Source: Rhizobiaceae bacterium (GTDB lineage: Bacteria > Pseudomonadota > Alphaproteobacteria > Rhizobiales > Rhizobiaceae). Taken from it: a DNA stretch of 64,000 nucleotides. The translations under genes and the position numbers were made by a program. The stretch is taken from contig JAHBYZ010000003.1 in the NCBI GenBank assembly GCA_019635695.1, positions 1 through 64,000 of the forward strand, read 5' to 3'. This document shows positions 36,865 through 47,574 of the stretch, in pieces (position 1 is the first letter of the stretch; each line of letters starts with the position of its first letter). A model generated the notes under the pieces. It saw nothing but the letters and a program-made list of their open reading frames with translations. It did no database searches and was not told the origin of the DNA.

Positions 36865-38679
36865 CTAGCTCTCACCCATCTTCAGCGCCTCGATAAACGC
36901 CGCCTGCGGGATCTCGACCTTGCCGAACTGCCGCATGCGCTTCTTGCCTTCCTTCTGCTTTTCCAGAAGCTTGCGCTTGCGGGTGGCGTCGCCGCCGTAG
37001 CACTTGGCGGTCACGTCCTTGCGCAGGGCCGAGATCGTCTCGCGGGCGATGATGCGGCCGCCGATGGCCGCCTGGATCGGGATCTTGAACATGTGCTGCG
37101 GGATCAGTTCCTTGAGCTTCTCGCACATGACGCGGCCGCGCTTTTCGGCGCGCGAGCGGTGGACCAGCATGGAGAGCGCGTCGACCGGCTCGTCGTTGAC
37201 CAGGATCGACATCTTGACGAGGTCGCCCTCGCGATAGTCGGTGAGCTGGTAGTCGAAGGAGGCGTAGCCCTTCGAGATCGACTTCAGCCGGTCGTAGAAG
37301 TCGAACACCACCTCGTTGAGCGGCAGGTCGTAGACCAGCATGGCGCGCTTGCCGACATAGGAGAGGTCGACCTGCACGCCGCGGCGCTCCTGGCAGAGCT
37401 TCAGGATCGAGCCGAGATAGTCGTCGGGCGTGAGGATGGTGGCGCGGATCCACGGCTCCTCGATATGGGCGATCTTGACCACGTCGGGCATGTCGGCGGG
37501 GTTGTGCAGCTCGCGCGTGGTGCCGTCGGTGAGCGCCAGGCGGTAGACCACGCTGGGCGCGGTGGCGATGAGGTCGAGGTCGAACTCGCGCTCCAGCCGC
37601 TCCTGGATGATCTCCAGATGCAGCAGGCCGAGGAAACCGCAGCGGAAGCCGAAGCCCAGGGCCGCGGACGTCTCCATCTCGAAGGAGAACGAGGCGTCGT
37701 TGAGGCGCAGCTTGCCCATGGCGCCGCGCAGATCCTCGAAATCCGCGGCGTCGACCGGGAACAGGCCGCAGAAGACAACGGGCTGCGCCGGCTTGAAGCC
37801 CGGCAGCGGGGCGGCGGTCGGCTTGCGGTCCTCGGTGATGGTGTCGCCGACACGGGTGTCGGCCACCTCCTTGATGGAGGCCGTGATGAAGCCGAACTCG
37901 CCGGGGCCGATCTGGTCGGCCTGGATCATCTTGGGCGTGAAGAAGCCGGTGCGCTCGACGTCGTACTTGGCGCCGGTGCCCATCATACGGATGGTCTGGC
38001 CCTTCTTCAGCACGCCGTCGATGACGCGCACGAGCACGATGACGCCGAGATAGGCGTCGTACCAGGAGTCGACCAGCATGGCCTTGAGCGGCGCGGCCGC
38101 GTTGCCTTCCTTCGGGGGCGGCAGCTGCTTGACGATGGCCTCCAGCACGAGGTCGATGCCGATGCCGGTCTTGGCCGAGATCATGACGGCCTGCGAGGCG
38201 TCGAGGCCGATGACCTCCTCGACCTGCTCCTTGATGCGCTCGGGCTCGGCGGCGGGCAGGTCGATCTTGTTCAGCACCACCACGATCTCGTGGTTGGCGT
38301 CGATGGCCTGGTAGACGTTGGCGAGCGTCTGCGCCTCGACGCCCTGCGAGGCGTCGACCACAAGGAGAGAACCCTCGCAGGCGCGCAGCGAGCGGGAGAC
38401 CTCGTAGCCGAAGTCGACATGGCCGGGCGTGTCGATGAGGTTGAGGATGTAGTCCTGCCCGTCGGCGGCCTTGTAGTTGAGGCGCACGGTCTGCGCCTTG
38501 ATGGTGATGCCGCGCTCGCGCTCGATGTCCATGTTGTCGAGCACCTGCTCCTTGCCGGCCATCTCGCGCGCGTCGAGCCCGCCGGTCATCTGGATGAGCC
38601 GGTCGGCGAGCGTCGATTTGCCATGGTCGATATGGGCGACGATGGAGAAGTTGCGGATGTTCTTGAGCGGAGTCGTCAT
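36865..38679 (-). CDS. lepA: elongation factor 4 (LepA)
   Basis: GTPase motifs ([22 protein letters not shown]) and the LepA C-terminal domain. 604 aa. Confidence 0.9.
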   Translation of the reverse strand: MTTPLKNIRNFSIVAHIDHGKSTLADRLIQMTGGLDAREMAGKEQVLDNMDIERERGITIKAQTVRLNYKAADGQDYILNLIDTPGHVDFGYEVSRSLRACEGSLLVVDASQGVEAQTLANVYQAIDANHEIVVVLNKIDLPAAEPERIKEQVEEVIGLDASQAVMISAKTGIGIDLVLEAIVKQLPPPKEGNAAAPLKAMLVDSWYDAYLGVIVLVRVIDGVLKKGQTIRMMGTGAKYDVERTGFFTPKMIQADQIGPGEFGFITASIKEVADTRVGDTITEDRKPTAAPLPGFKPAQPVVFCGLFPVDAADFEDLRGAMGKLRLNDASFSFEMETSAALGFGFRCGFLGLLHLEIIQERLEREFDLDLIATAPSVVYRLALTDGTTRELHNPADMPDVVKIAHIEEPWIRATILTPDDYLGSILKLCQERRGVQVDLSYVGKRAMLVYDLPLNEVVFDFYDRLKSISKGYASFDYQLTDYREGDLVKMSILVNDEPVDALSMLVHRSRAEKRGRVMCEKLKELIPQHMFKIPIQAAIGGRIIARETISALRKDVTAKCYGGDATRKRKLLEKQKEGKKRMRQFGKVEIPQAAFIEALKMGES

Positions 38680-38874
38680 GGGCGCGGGCTTTATCAGGGG
38701 CCGCAGGGGCTAACAAGCGCGGGGCGGGACCGGCGTTGCGGTGCGGCGCTTATGGGCGTATTGTTTTTTCCGACAAGCGCGACGCATGTCTGAATCGGCT
38801 GCCGGGATGGGCCCGGAGGCCGGCGTCGGGGCTCCCCGGGGTTGACCGGGGTTGAGTGGACCAGGCCGAGCGGA

Positions 38875-39249
38875 ATGGCTGAGCGGACACAGACGATGGG
38901 GAAGGCGGTGGCCGCGCTGGCGCGGCGGCTGCTTCTCGTCGCGCTGTTCGCGTTCGGCCTCGGCGAAGCGCCGTTCGGCGGCGACGCCGCGACGCGCGCC
39001 GCGCTCGAAGCCGACCGCGCGCTCGCCCATCTGGCCGGCGATACGCCGCCGCCGACCCAGTTCCTCGAGGAGGCCGATCGCGGCCATGCCGCCAAGGCCG
39101 GCTTCAGTGGCGAGGATTCGCGGCCGCTCGGCTTCGCCGGCGACCTGTTCTTCGCCCAGATCAAGACCGCGCACGCCCTGCCCGACCGCAGGCCGGCCGC
39201 TGCACCCGAATACGGCTTCTCCTCGCGCGCCCCGCCTTCCTTCGCCTGA
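38875..39249 (+). CDS. hypothetical protein with N-terminal hydrophobic segment
   Basis: ORF with several possible starts (TTG 38842, ATG 38875, ATG 38896). Contains AVAALARRLLLVALFAFGLG. Confidence 0.35.
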   Translation: MAERTQTMGKAVAALARRLLLVALFAFGLGEAPFGGDAATRAALEADRALAHLAGDTPPPTQFLEEADRGHAAKAGFSGEDSRPLGFAGDLFFAQIKTAHALPDRRPAAAPEYGFSSRAPPSFA

Positions 39250-39334
39250 CGCTTCGCATTTGCAACGTCAACCGGCGCCAGCACGGCCAGCCGAAACGGC
39301 GACAAGCCGCCGGCGCCCAGCCAGGAGGAAGACC

Positions 39335-39508
39335 ATGGCAAAGACCAACCCGCTCGGTTTCCGCATCGAACCGGAACTGAAGGACGCGCTCGTGCGCGCC
39401 GCCCGCGACGACCGCCGCTCCGTCTCGTCGATGGTGGAGATCATCATCGAGCAGTGGCTGACCGAGAAGGGCTACCTCGCCGCCGAAGAGCGCCGCAACG
39501 CCGCCTGA
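39335..39508 (+). CDS. small ribbon-helix-helix (Arc/CopG-like) protein, 57 aa
   Basis: AGGAGG RBS. MAKTNPLGFRIEPELKDALVRAARDDRRSVSSMVEIIIEQWL is an RHH-type fold pattern. Confidence 0.5.
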   Translation: MAKTNPLGFRIEPELKDALVRAARDDRRSVSSMVEIIIEQWLTEKGYLAAEERRNAA

Positions 39509-39786
39509 AATCGGGCCGCCTGAAATCGGGCCGGGGCGCCAGCGCCCCGAACGCCCCCCGACTTTCCAGCACGAGGGCGCGCCCGGCCGGGCGCGCCCCC
39601 CGGCGCCGCCGAAAGGGCGGCCTGCCCCTCCGGCGTAGGCGTTTCACCTACAAAGTTGAATATTGCACTCATCTATTGCCAGCCCGGCGTGCCGCGACTA
39701 GGGTTTTGGCCGTCGACAGGGCGAGCACGGCGTTCTCGCGCGTGTCTCGAAATCGCGGGCCACCGGGCCCGACGGAGAGGCTTTCC

Positions 39787-41055
39787 ATGAATTTCAGAAC
39801 TCTGCTCGCAGCCGGCGCGCTCGGCGCGCTCCCGCTTTCCGCTGGTTCAGCCTCGGCGGCCGATCCGGCCGCGGTGCTGAAAACCTATGCCGACATCGCG
39901 CTCGCGGGCTATGAGGACAGCCTCTCCACCGCCAAGGCGCTGGATGCGGCGGTCGACGCGCTGATCGCCAAGCCTTCGGAGGACACGTTGAAGGCGGCGA
40001 AGGCGGCATGGCTGGCGGCGCGCGCGCCCTACCAGCAGACCGAGGCGTTCCGCTTCGGCAACGTCATCGTCGACGAATGGGAAGGCCGCGTGAACGCCTG
40101 GCCGCTCGACGAGGGGCTGATCGACTATGTCGACGCCGGCTACGGCACCGAGAGCGACGCCAACGCGTTCTACACGGTCAACGTGATCGCCAACGCCAGG
40201 GTTTCGGCGGGCGGCGAGGAGATCGACGCCACCACCATCACGCCGGCGCTGCTGCAGTCGCTGCAGGAGGTGGGCGGCATCGAGGCGAACGTGGCCACCG
40301 GCTATCACGCCATCGAGTTCCTGCTGTGGGGGCAGGATCTGAACGGCACCGGCCCGGGCGCCGGCAAGCGGCCTGCGACCGATTTCGACACGGCCAATTG
40401 CACCGGCGGCAACTGCGACCGCCGCGCCGCCTATCTGGCCGCCGCTTCGGACCTTCTGGTCGCCGATCTCGAGGAGATGGTGGCGAACTGGACCGCCGAC
40501 GGCGCGGCGCGCAAGGCGCTCGCCGACGGCGATCCGAAGGCCGGCCTGTCCGCCATCCTGACCGGGCTCGGTTCGCTCAGCTATGGCGAACTGGCGGGCG
40601 AGCGCATGAAGCTCGGCCTGCTGCTGCACGATCCGGAGGAGGAGCACGACTGCTTCTCCGACAACACGCACAACTCGCATTTCTATGACGTGACCGGCAT
40701 CTCCAACGTCTACAACGGCAGCTACACGCGTATCGACGGCTCGAAGGTCGAGGGCGATTCGCTTGCGGCGCTGGTGCGCGAGAAGGATGCCGGCATTGCC
40801 GCCGAGACCGAGGGCAAGATCGCCGACACGCTGAAGGCGGCCGCGGCGCTCAAGGCGCGGGCCGAAGGCGGCGAGGCCTACGACCAGATGATCGGCGAGG
40901 GCAACGCGGCCGGCAACGCCGCGGTGCAGGCCGTGATCGACGGGCTGGTGGCGCAGACGCGTTCGCTGGAGCGGGTGATCGCCGCGCTGGAGCTGCCCGA
41001 CGTGACCATCGAGGGTTCCGATTCGCTCGACGCGCCCGACAAGGTGTTCGAATAG
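39787..41055 (+). CDS. imelysin family protein (peptidase M75 / IrpA-like) with signal peptide
   Basis: Signal peptide (MNFRTLLAAGALGALPLSAGSASA) and an imelysin-like helical sequence. First gene of the four-gene cluster. Confidence 0.75.
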   Translation: MNFRTLLAAGALGALPLSAGSASAADPAAVLKTYADIALAGYEDSLSTAKALDAAVDALIAKPSEDTLKAAKAAWLAARAPYQQTEAFRFGNVIVDEWEGRVNAWPLDEGLIDYVDAGYGTESDANAFYTVNVIANARVSAGGEEIDATTITPALLQSLQEVGGIEANVATGYHAIEFLLWGQDLNGTGPGAGKRPATDFDTANCTGGNCDRRAAYLAAASDLLVADLEEMVANWTADGAARKALADGDPKAGLSAILTGLGSLSYGELAGERMKLGLLLHDPEEEHDCFSDNTHNSHFYDVTGISNVYNGSYTRIDGSKVEGDSLAALVREKDAGIAAETEGKIADTLKAAAALKARAEGGEAYDQMIGEGNAAGNAAVQAVIDGLVAQTRSLERVIAALELPDVTIEGSDSLDAPDKVFE

Positions 41056-41092
41056 GCGCAGTGACGCATGGGCGGCCGCCCACGACCGCCCT

Positions 41093-42625
41093 ATGATGGG
41101 CCGTGACGAACGGCTTTCCGCGATCGTGAGACTGAAGACCGCCGCGGCAGGCGCCGCGCTCATCGCCCTGATCGGCGCCGCCTGGGCGGGCGACGCCGGG
41201 GTCTTGCGCGACGACCTCTCGCCGGAGGATCTGGCGCGCGTGCAGGCCATCACCGCACCGGCGACCGACTTCACGAAGGCCGAGCGCTTCGAGGCGCTGC
41301 CGGGCGGCGCGGCCACGACGAAGAAGACCGGCGACGCCAATGCGCTGTCGCACCCGTCCGCCAATCTCGGTTTCGAGGACCAGCAGCGCTTCCTCGTCGG
41401 CAACGGGCTGTTCCGCAAGGAGTGGGCGACGGCGCCGTCCTCGACGCAGGCCTCCGACGGGCTCGGTCCGCTGTTCAACGCCCGCGCCTGCCAGTCCTGC
41501 CACATCAAGGACGGCCGCGGCCATGCGCCGGCCAGCGTTGGCGGCGACGCCTCGTCGCTGCTGGTGCGGCTGTCGGTGCAGCCCGACGCCGACGCGGCGC
41601 GTCTGATCGAGGCAGGAGCGCTGCCCGCCGCGCCCGAGCCGGTCTACGGCCTGCAATTGCAGGACAATGCCGCCGCCGGCCTCCCGGCCGAAGGCAAGGT
41701 TGTCATCGACTATGCCGACGTGCCGGTGACGCTCGCCGGCGGCGAGACGGTGACGCTGCGCCGGCCGAAACTGTCGATAGAGAAGTCCGGCTTCGGCCCG
41801 CTTGCCCACGGCACCATGATATCGGCGCGCGTCGCGCCGGCCATGGCCGGCATGGGCCTGATCGAGGCGATCCACCCCGCCGACATCATCGCCCGGGCCG
41901 ACCCGGACGACCGCGACGGCGACGGTATCTCCGGTCGCGCCGCAATCCGTGGCGATGGCAGGCTGGGCCGTTTCGGCTGGAAGGCGCTGGCGCCCGGCGT
42001 CGCGGCCCAGAGCGCCGACGCGTTCGCCGGCGACATGGGGCTTTCGACGCCTCTGAAGACGGACCACTGGGGCGAATGCACGGCGGCGCAGGCGCCATGC
42101 CGCGACATGCCGCACGGCGCGCAGGAGCGGCTCGGACCGGTGGAGGTTCCGGCCGACCTGTTCGACCTCGTGGTGTTCTATTCGGAGAATCTCGCGCCGC
42201 CGGCACGTCGCAAGGTCGGCGACGCCGAGGTTCTCGCCGGAAAACGCGCCTTCTACGAAGCCGGCTGCGTGGTTTGCCACACGCCGAAATTCGTGACGAG
42301 CCGCGCGGCGGCCCATTCGGCGCAGCGTTTTCAGCTGATCTGGCCCTACAGCGACTTCCTGCTGCACGACATGGGCGAGGGGCTGGCGGATGGACGCCCG
42401 GAGGGAGCGGCCGACGGCAGCGAATGGCGCACGCCGCCGCTGTGGGGCATCGGGCTGGCCGGGCAGGTCAGCGCCGAGGCGGGCTTCCTGCATGACGGCC
42501 GCGCGCGTACGCTGGTCGAGGCCGTGCTGTGGCACGGCGGCGAGGCGCAAGCCGCGCGGGACCGCTTCGCGGCCATGGAGAAGGCCGAACGCGACGCGCT
42601 GATCGCGTTTCTGGAGTCGCTGTGA
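41093..42625 (+). CDS. di-haem cytochrome c peroxidase-like protein (DUF1111 family)
   Basis: Two CxxCH haem motifs (CQSCH, CVVCH) and a signal peptide. Confidence 0.8.
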   Translation: MMGRDERLSAIVRLKTAAAGAALIALIGAAWAGDAGVLRDDLSPEDLARVQAITAPATDFTKAERFEALPGGAATTKKTGDANALSHPSANLGFEDQQRFLVGNGLFRKEWATAPSSTQASDGLGPLFNARACQSCHIKDGRGHAPASVGGDASSLLVRLSVQPDADAARLIEAGALPAAPEPVYGLQLQDNAAAGLPAEGKVVIDYADVPVTLAGGETVTLRRPKLSIEKSGFGPLAHGTMISARVAPAMAGMGLIEAIHPADIIARADPDDRDGDGISGRAAIRGDGRLGRFGWKALAPGVAAQSADAFAGDMGLSTPLKTDHWGECTAAQAPCRDMPHGAQERLGPVEVPADLFDLVVFYSENLAPPARRKVGDAEVLAGKRAFYEAGCVVCHTPKFVTSRAAAHSAQRFQLIWPYSDFLLHDMGEGLADGRPEGAADGSEWRTPPLWGIGLAGQVSAEAGFLHDGRARTLVEAVLWHGGEAQAARDRFAAMEKAERDALIAFLESL

Positions 42626-43686
42626 TGGCTGGTCTGCACTTCCCGGTTTACGCACTTGCCGTATTGGTGAGCTCGACCCCCGCCCTCGCCGGCTCCGGCG
42701 CCAACGTCGCCGACAACTTCGCGCGGCCCGCCTTGCAGGATTTCGAGAGCGCCGCCATCAAGCTGACGCTGGCCACACAAGGCCTGTGCGCCGTGCCCGG
42801 CGCGGCGACGCTGGCTGCGGCGCGCAGCCTGTTCGTCGAGACGGCGGGCGCATTCGGGCGCGTTTCGGTGCTGCGGTTCGGCCCGCTGGCGGCCGAAAAC
42901 CGGTTCGAAAAACTGTTCTTCTGGCCCGACCCGCGCGGCATCGCGCTGAAGCAGGTGCAGGCGGCGCTGGCGCAGAAGGACGAGACGCTGGCCGACGTCG
43001 CGGTGCTCGCCGGCAAGAGCGTGGCGCTGCAGGGGCTGCCGGCGCTGGAATTCGCGCTGTTTGGCTCCGGATCGCATGAGCTGGTTTCGGCCCCGGCCGA
43101 TTTCCGCTGCCGCTTTGCCGCCGCGGTGGCGGCCAACATCGCCTTCGTCGCTGGCGAGGCGGTGGCCGGCTGGCGCGTGGATACCCCCTTTGCCGCCTCG
43201 TTCACGGACCCGAAGCCCGATGGCGAGCCTTACCGCTCGGCGGCCGAGGTCGACGGCGAGATCGTCAAGGCGCTGGCCACCGTCCTGCAGTTCATCCGCG
43301 CGGCCGAACTGCAGCCGCCCCTCGGCGACGACAGTGCCGGCGCCAACGGCCGGCTGGCGCCGCTGTGGCGCAGCGACGCGACCTTCGGCCTCGTGACGGC
43401 GCAGATCGCCGGCGCCCGCGACCTGCTGCTGGCCGCCGGTTATGCTGAGACCCTGCCGGCCGACCAGAACTGGCTGCCGGGGCAGGTCCGCTTCAGCCTC
43501 GACGCGGCGCGCCGTGGTCTCGAGCAGATCGCGTCGCCGGCCGAGAAGGCCTTCGCCGACGCCGACGACCGGGGCCGTGTCGAATTCGCCGAAGTTGCGC
43601 TCGACGGCGCCGGCCACGATATTTCGGAAAAGTTGTCGGCCGCGTTGGGCCTGACCATGGGATTCAACGCGCTCGATGGCGATTGA
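42625..43686 (+). CDS. imelysin-like protein (second paralogue)
   Basis: ATG overlaps the upstream TGA. Signal peptide. Imelysin-like. Confidence 0.7.
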   Translation: MAGLHFPVYALAVLVSSTPALAGSGANVADNFARPALQDFESAAIKLTLATQGLCAVPGAATLAAARSLFVETAGAFGRVSVLRFGPLAAENRFEKLFFWPDPRGIALKQVQAALAQKDETLADVAVLAGKSVALQGLPALEFALFGSGSHELVSAPADFRCRFAAAVAANIAFVAGEAVAGWRVDTPFAASFTDPKPDGEPYRSAAEVDGEIVKALATVLQFIRAAELQPPLGDDSAGANGRLAPLWRSDATFGLVTAQIAGARDLLLAAGYAETLPADQNWLPGQVRFSLDAARRGLEQIASPAEKAFADADDRGRVEFAEVALDGAGHDISEKLSAALGLTMGFNALDGD

Positions 43687-43695
43687 GGCACGCGG

Positions 43696-44787
43696 GTGAG
43701 GAAGCAGATCGACCGCCGCACCTTTCTCGGTCTGCTCGGGCTGGCGGCGGTGGCGCCGGCCGGCGCGGGCGAGGACGAGGCGCTGTGGCTCGGCGCGCGG
43801 CTTGCCGCCGGCGGCGGCTTCGAGGTGGCGGTCATCGACGCGCGCGGCCGCGACCGGCTGGTGCTGCCGCTTGAGGCGCGCGGGCACTCGTTCGCCATCG
43901 ACGCGCCGCGGCGAAGGGCGGTGGCCTTCGCCCGCGCGCCGGGGCGCTTCGCGGTCGCTTTCGGCATCGACGGGGGGACGCCGCCGTTCGCGATCGCCGC
44001 AGCGGAGGGGCGGCATTTCTTCGGCCACGGCGTGTTCACTGCGGATGGCCGGCTGATGCTGGCCAGCGAGAGCGACTACGAAGCCGGGCAGGGCGTGACC
44101 GGGGTCTATGATGTCGCCGCCGGCTTCCGTCGCATCGGCGAGTTCTCGACCGGCGGCATCGGCCCGCACGAGATCGTGCTGATGGGCGACGGGCGCACGC
44201 TGTGCATCGCCAATGGCGGCATCCTGACCCATCCCGACTACGAGCGGCTGAAGCTCAACCTCGACGCCATGAAGCCGAGCATTGCCTATATCGACGTGGC
44301 GAGCGGCGAACTGGTCGAGCAGGTGTTTCTCGCCGAGGCGCTGCACCGGCTGTCGATCCGCCACATGGCGCTGGATGCCGCGGGCGACATCTGGTTCGGC
44401 TGCCAGTGGGAAGGCGAGCCGGGCGAACGGCCGCCGCTGGTCGGCCGCCACCGGCGCGGCCGCGAACCGGAGCTGTTTCCCGGACCCGCGGCGACGTTGC
44501 GCGGGCTGGACAACTATGTCGGCGCGCTGGCCGTCGACGCATCGGGCGGCGTGGTGGCCACCTCCTCGCCGCGCGGCGGCATCATAGCGTTCTGGGACGC
44601 CGCGACGGGACGCCATCTGGGCGACCGCGAACTCGCCGACGGCTGTGGCGTCGCCCCGATGGGCGAAGGCCTGGTGCTCGCCAGCAGCGGTCGCGGCGCG
44701 CTGGCCGAGCTGTCGGCGCAAGGCGAACGCGAGATCGTCGCAGCGAGGCCGGCGCCGTCATGGGACAATCATCTGAGAAGGGTGTGA
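43696..44787 (+). CDS. DUF1513 domain protein with Tat signal
   Basis: GTG start. Twin-arginine motif (DRRTFLGLLGLAAV). DUF1513-like sequence. Confidence 0.7.
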   Translation: MRKQIDRRTFLGLLGLAAVAPAGAGEDEALWLGARLAAGGGFEVAVIDARGRDRLVLPLEARGHSFAIDAPRRRAVAFARAPGRFAVAFGIDGGTPPFAIAAAEGRHFFGHGVFTADGRLMLASESDYEAGQGVTGVYDVAAGFRRIGEFSTGGIGPHEIVLMGDGRTLCIANGGILTHPDYERLKLNLDAMKPSIAYIDVASGELVEQVFLAEALHRLSIRHMALDAAGDIWFGCQWEGEPGERPPLVGRHRRGREPELFPGPAATLRGLDNYVGALAVDASGGVVATSSPRGGIIAFWDAATGRHLGDRELADGCGVAPMGEGLVLASSGRGALAELSAQGEREIVAARPAPSWDNHLRRV

Positions 44788-44794
44788 CGGCCGG

Positions 44795-44980
44795 ATCCTC
44801 CCCTGCGTAGCGGGGGAGATGGCGCGAAGCGCCGGAGGGGGGCGGCCTTGCTCGGCCCTCAGTCAGGGAAATGAGATAGAGTGGGGCAGCGACAGGCCCG
44901 TGGAGGTCGGCACAACTCCGCCCCCTCCACCACGCTTCGCGGGGTCCCCCTCCCCCGTTGCACGGGGGAGGATGAGCGTC
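44795..44980. repeat. REP-like GC-rich palindromic element (copy E, two modules)
   Basis: CCTCCCCTGCGTAGCGGGGGAG module and CCCCCTCCACCACGCTTCGCGGGGTCCCCCTCCCCCGTTGCACGGGGGAGG module. Approximate. Confidence 0.55.
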
Positions 44981-44989
44981 GCGCCCGTC

Positions 44990-46378
44990 CTAAAATTCCC
45001 GCGTCAGCACGACGTTGGCGGAGTGGGTTTCGCGGCGCTGGAAGGTGATGGTCGAGAACTGCCGCGTGTAGGCATATTCGAAGCGCGGCATGAAGCCCAT
45101 GAAGTTGAGCTTGCGGTGGGAGAGCGCAATGCGCGCGCCGACCTCGATGTCCTCGCGCCGTACGCCGAAGGCGGGGTCGATGCCGCGGAAACGGCGCAGC
45201 GTCACCGACGGTTCGACATAGGTGATGAAGCCGCCGTTCCACTCGCGGCCGTAGCCGACGAAAGTGCGCAGCGCGTCGCTGTCGAGATGATTGGCGGTGG
45301 TGCGCTCGAAGGTGAAGCTCATGCCGGTGGTCAGCGACTGGCCCGGCCCGAGCGCATGGCCGACGACGACGCCGACGGATGCCGCCGGGCCGTTCATCTG
45401 CGGGAAGTCGGCGAAACGCTGGTACATCAGGCTGGTCGAGACCAGCAGATGCGTCGCCGGCCCCATGGCGCGGCCGACCTCGAATTCGAAGCCCGCCGCG
45501 TCGCGATAGGGCTTCCAGCCGAGCATGGAATACTCCGCCACGACGCCGCCGCCGACCGTGGTGTCGCCGAGCTTCTTGCGCACATGCGCGCCGGCGCGCG
45601 CCGATATGCGGTCGAACTGGCTGTCGACATATTTCACGGCGTCGAGGCGGCCCGACAGCGAGACTGTGATGTCGTTGGACAGGAAGAAGTGGCGTTCGCC
45701 CGAGATGCCGCCGGTCAGGCCGATGCCGGACGCGGCGCGCGATCCCTGGTCGATGACGAACTCGCAGCGACCGCTCGGATCGAACGGACAGTTCTCGATG
45801 ACGATGACGTTTTCGGTGGTGCGTCCGTTGATGTTGGTGGACGGCGCCAGCGACAGGTAGCCGCCGACGCGCCACGGCCGCTCGCGCTTGATGGCGTCGA
45901 GATAGGCCTCGAAGTTGCGCCGCAGATCGTCGCTCTCGGCGGTGCGGGCGAGATCGCGCAAATGGTAGGAGGCGGCCTCGGGATCGCCGGCCAGATAGAG
46001 CGCGTTGGCGAGCTCGACGCGCACGCGGGTGAAGCCGGGATTGTCGGCGATGAGCCGGCGGAAGATGGCGATGGCTCCCTGCAGGTCGCCCTCGGCCTTG
46101 GCCTTCATGCCGCGTATGAAATCGAGGCGCGCCGCCCGGTTCGGCGTATCGGGACCCCAAGCGCGCTCGGCCAGCGCCAGCGCCCCGGCATAGTCGCCGT
46201 TCTGCATCAGCTGGTTGATCTGGGCGTCGATGGCGACGGCTGCGGCGGCGGGGGCGACGGCCTGCGCCCGGGCCGGCGTGGCGGCGGGAACGGCGAATGC
46301 GGCGCAGGCGAGCGCCAGCGCTGCCGCGGCGCGGGCCAGCCCGCCAATCCAGAAACTACCCGAGCGCCGCAATTCCAC
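44990..46378 (-). CDS. Slam-like outer-membrane protein (N-terminal TPR region plus C-terminal DUF560 beta-barrel)
   Basis: Signal peptide, TPR-like helical region, then a beta-barrel with amphipathic strands ending in the C-terminal aromatic ...VVLTREF. Confidence 0.6.
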   Translation of the reverse strand: MELRRSGSFWIGGLARAAAALALACAAFAVPAATPARAQAVAPAAAAVAIDAQINQLMQNGDYAGALALAERAWGPDTPNRAARLDFIRGMKAKAEGDLQGAIAIFRRLIADNPGFTRVRVELANALYLAGDPEAASYHLRDLARTAESDDLRRNFEAYLDAIKRERPWRVGGYLSLAPSTNINGRTTENVIVIENCPFDPSGRCEFVIDQGSRAASGIGLTGGISGERHFFLSNDITVSLSGRLDAVKYVDSQFDRISARAGAHVRKKLGDTTVGGGVVAEYSMLGWKPYRDAAGFEFEVGRAMGPATHLLVSTSLMYQRFADFPQMNGPAASVGVVVGHALGPGQSLTTGMSFTFERTTANHLDSDALRTFVGYGREWNGGFITYVEPSVTLRRFRGIDPAFGVRREDIEVGARIALSHRKLNFMGFMPRFEYAYTRQFSTITFQRRETHSANVVLTREF

Positions 46379-46433
46379 TACGCGAAACCTTGGAGACGGA
46401 CGGGCCGGCCGAGACCGGCCCGTGCCTGCATTG

Positions 46434-47360
46434 TTACTGGTTGCCGCCGAACGAGCCGACGGCCTCGACGTCCTGGATGCCGGCGCTGGTCGCCACGCCG
46501 GTGGCCTTTAGATGGAACGTGCCGGCCGTGCCGCTGGCGTCGGAGCTGTAGAAGCCGCCCTGATAGTTGCCGGAGGACGATGCCGCGCCGACAAGCGTGG
46601 CCGAGCCGTTGTAGCTGTTGCCGCTGATGGCGCTGTTGGCCATGTTCAGCTGCAGACCCGTCTGCGCGACGCCGTCGACGGTGATGTTCTTCACCGTGCC
46701 GTTCACGACGCCGCCGCCGGGGGCGAAGGTGGCGACGATCTGCGAGTCGCCCTTCGCCGTACCCTTGCCGCTGCCCGACGCGAACCACGTGCCGTTGGCA
46801 TGGCCATTGAAGGTCGCCACGCCGGCCGTCGGCATCTTGGCGGTGTCGGTGCGCACGCCGCCGACCACGTAGCCGTGGAAGACCGTGTCGCCCTGCTTGG
46901 CCTCATAGCGCAGCGCGACGAAGCCGTTGCCGTCGTCGACCCGCTGCAGGAAGGAATCGCTGTCCGAATATTTGACCGACTCAAGGTCGGCGGTGAGGTC
47001 GCCGCCGGCGATCGCCTTGTCGGCGAGGCTGCTCGGCGCCTGCATGCGGCCGGTGTTCGGGATCGTCGCGCCGCTGTCCATCTTGCCGTTGAAGGCGAGT
47101 TCCGCGCTGGTCGGCACTTCGAGGCCGCTGAACGGCACCTTGGCCATATAGATGGTGGCGGTGCTGTCGACGCCATTGCTGGTGCGGTCGCTTACGGTGT
47201 TGCCGATGGTGCCGTTGCTGGCGGCGCCCGAAACGACGTGCGCGCTGACCTTCGCCGCCTGCGGCGTCGCGCCGCCGTCGAGCGACGACACGACCGCCGC
47301 GCCGCAGCCTCCAAGGAGCGTGGTGCCCGCCATCGCGGCGAATACCAAAGAAATCCTCAT
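46434..47360 (-). CDS. surface lipoprotein paralogue 1 (lipobox LLGGC, TbpB-like C-terminal barrel)
   Basis: Lipobox. Gly/Ser/Thr-rich beta sequence. Conserved C-terminus GTFHLKATGV...VGSFGG shared with the two paralogues. GGGGGAA RBS. Confidence 0.6.
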   Translation of the reverse strand: MRISLVFAAMAGTTLLGGCGAAVVSSLDGGATPQAAKVSAHVVSGAASNGTIGNTVSDRTSNGVDSTATIYMAKVPFSGLEVPTSAELAFNGKMDSGATIPNTGRMQAPSSLADKAIAGGDLTADLESVKYSDSDSFLQRVDDGNGFVALRYEAKQGDTVFHGYVVGGVRTDTAKMPTAGVATFNGHANGTWFASGSGKGTAKGDSQIVATFAPGGGVVNGTVKNITVDGVAQTGLQLNMANSAISGNSYNGSATLVGAASSSGNYQGGFYSSDASGTAGTFHLKATGVATSAGIQDVEAVGSFGGNQ

Positions 47361-47574
47361 GTCATTCCCCCTGATTTGCTTGAGCGAATCGGCCCGCCGA
47401 CGACGGTAGCCGATCAGTTACGACGCGCGATCGAACAACTTCCCGCCAGGAACGTTGATTCGACCGGAACCCTCCCAATACGCCCTCGCGACAGCAGGAA
47501 AACCGCGATGGCCTGCGGTGTCAACCTGCATTGGCTCACTGAACGTTCAATTCCGGCGGAGTGTGGCGCAATGG

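Noticed and set aside
39847-44721. Large minus-strand ORFs (39847-41508, 40850-42655, 42346-44721) opposite the imelysin cluster
   Set aside because: Antisense to four well-supported exported-protein genes. Arg/Gly-rich composition.
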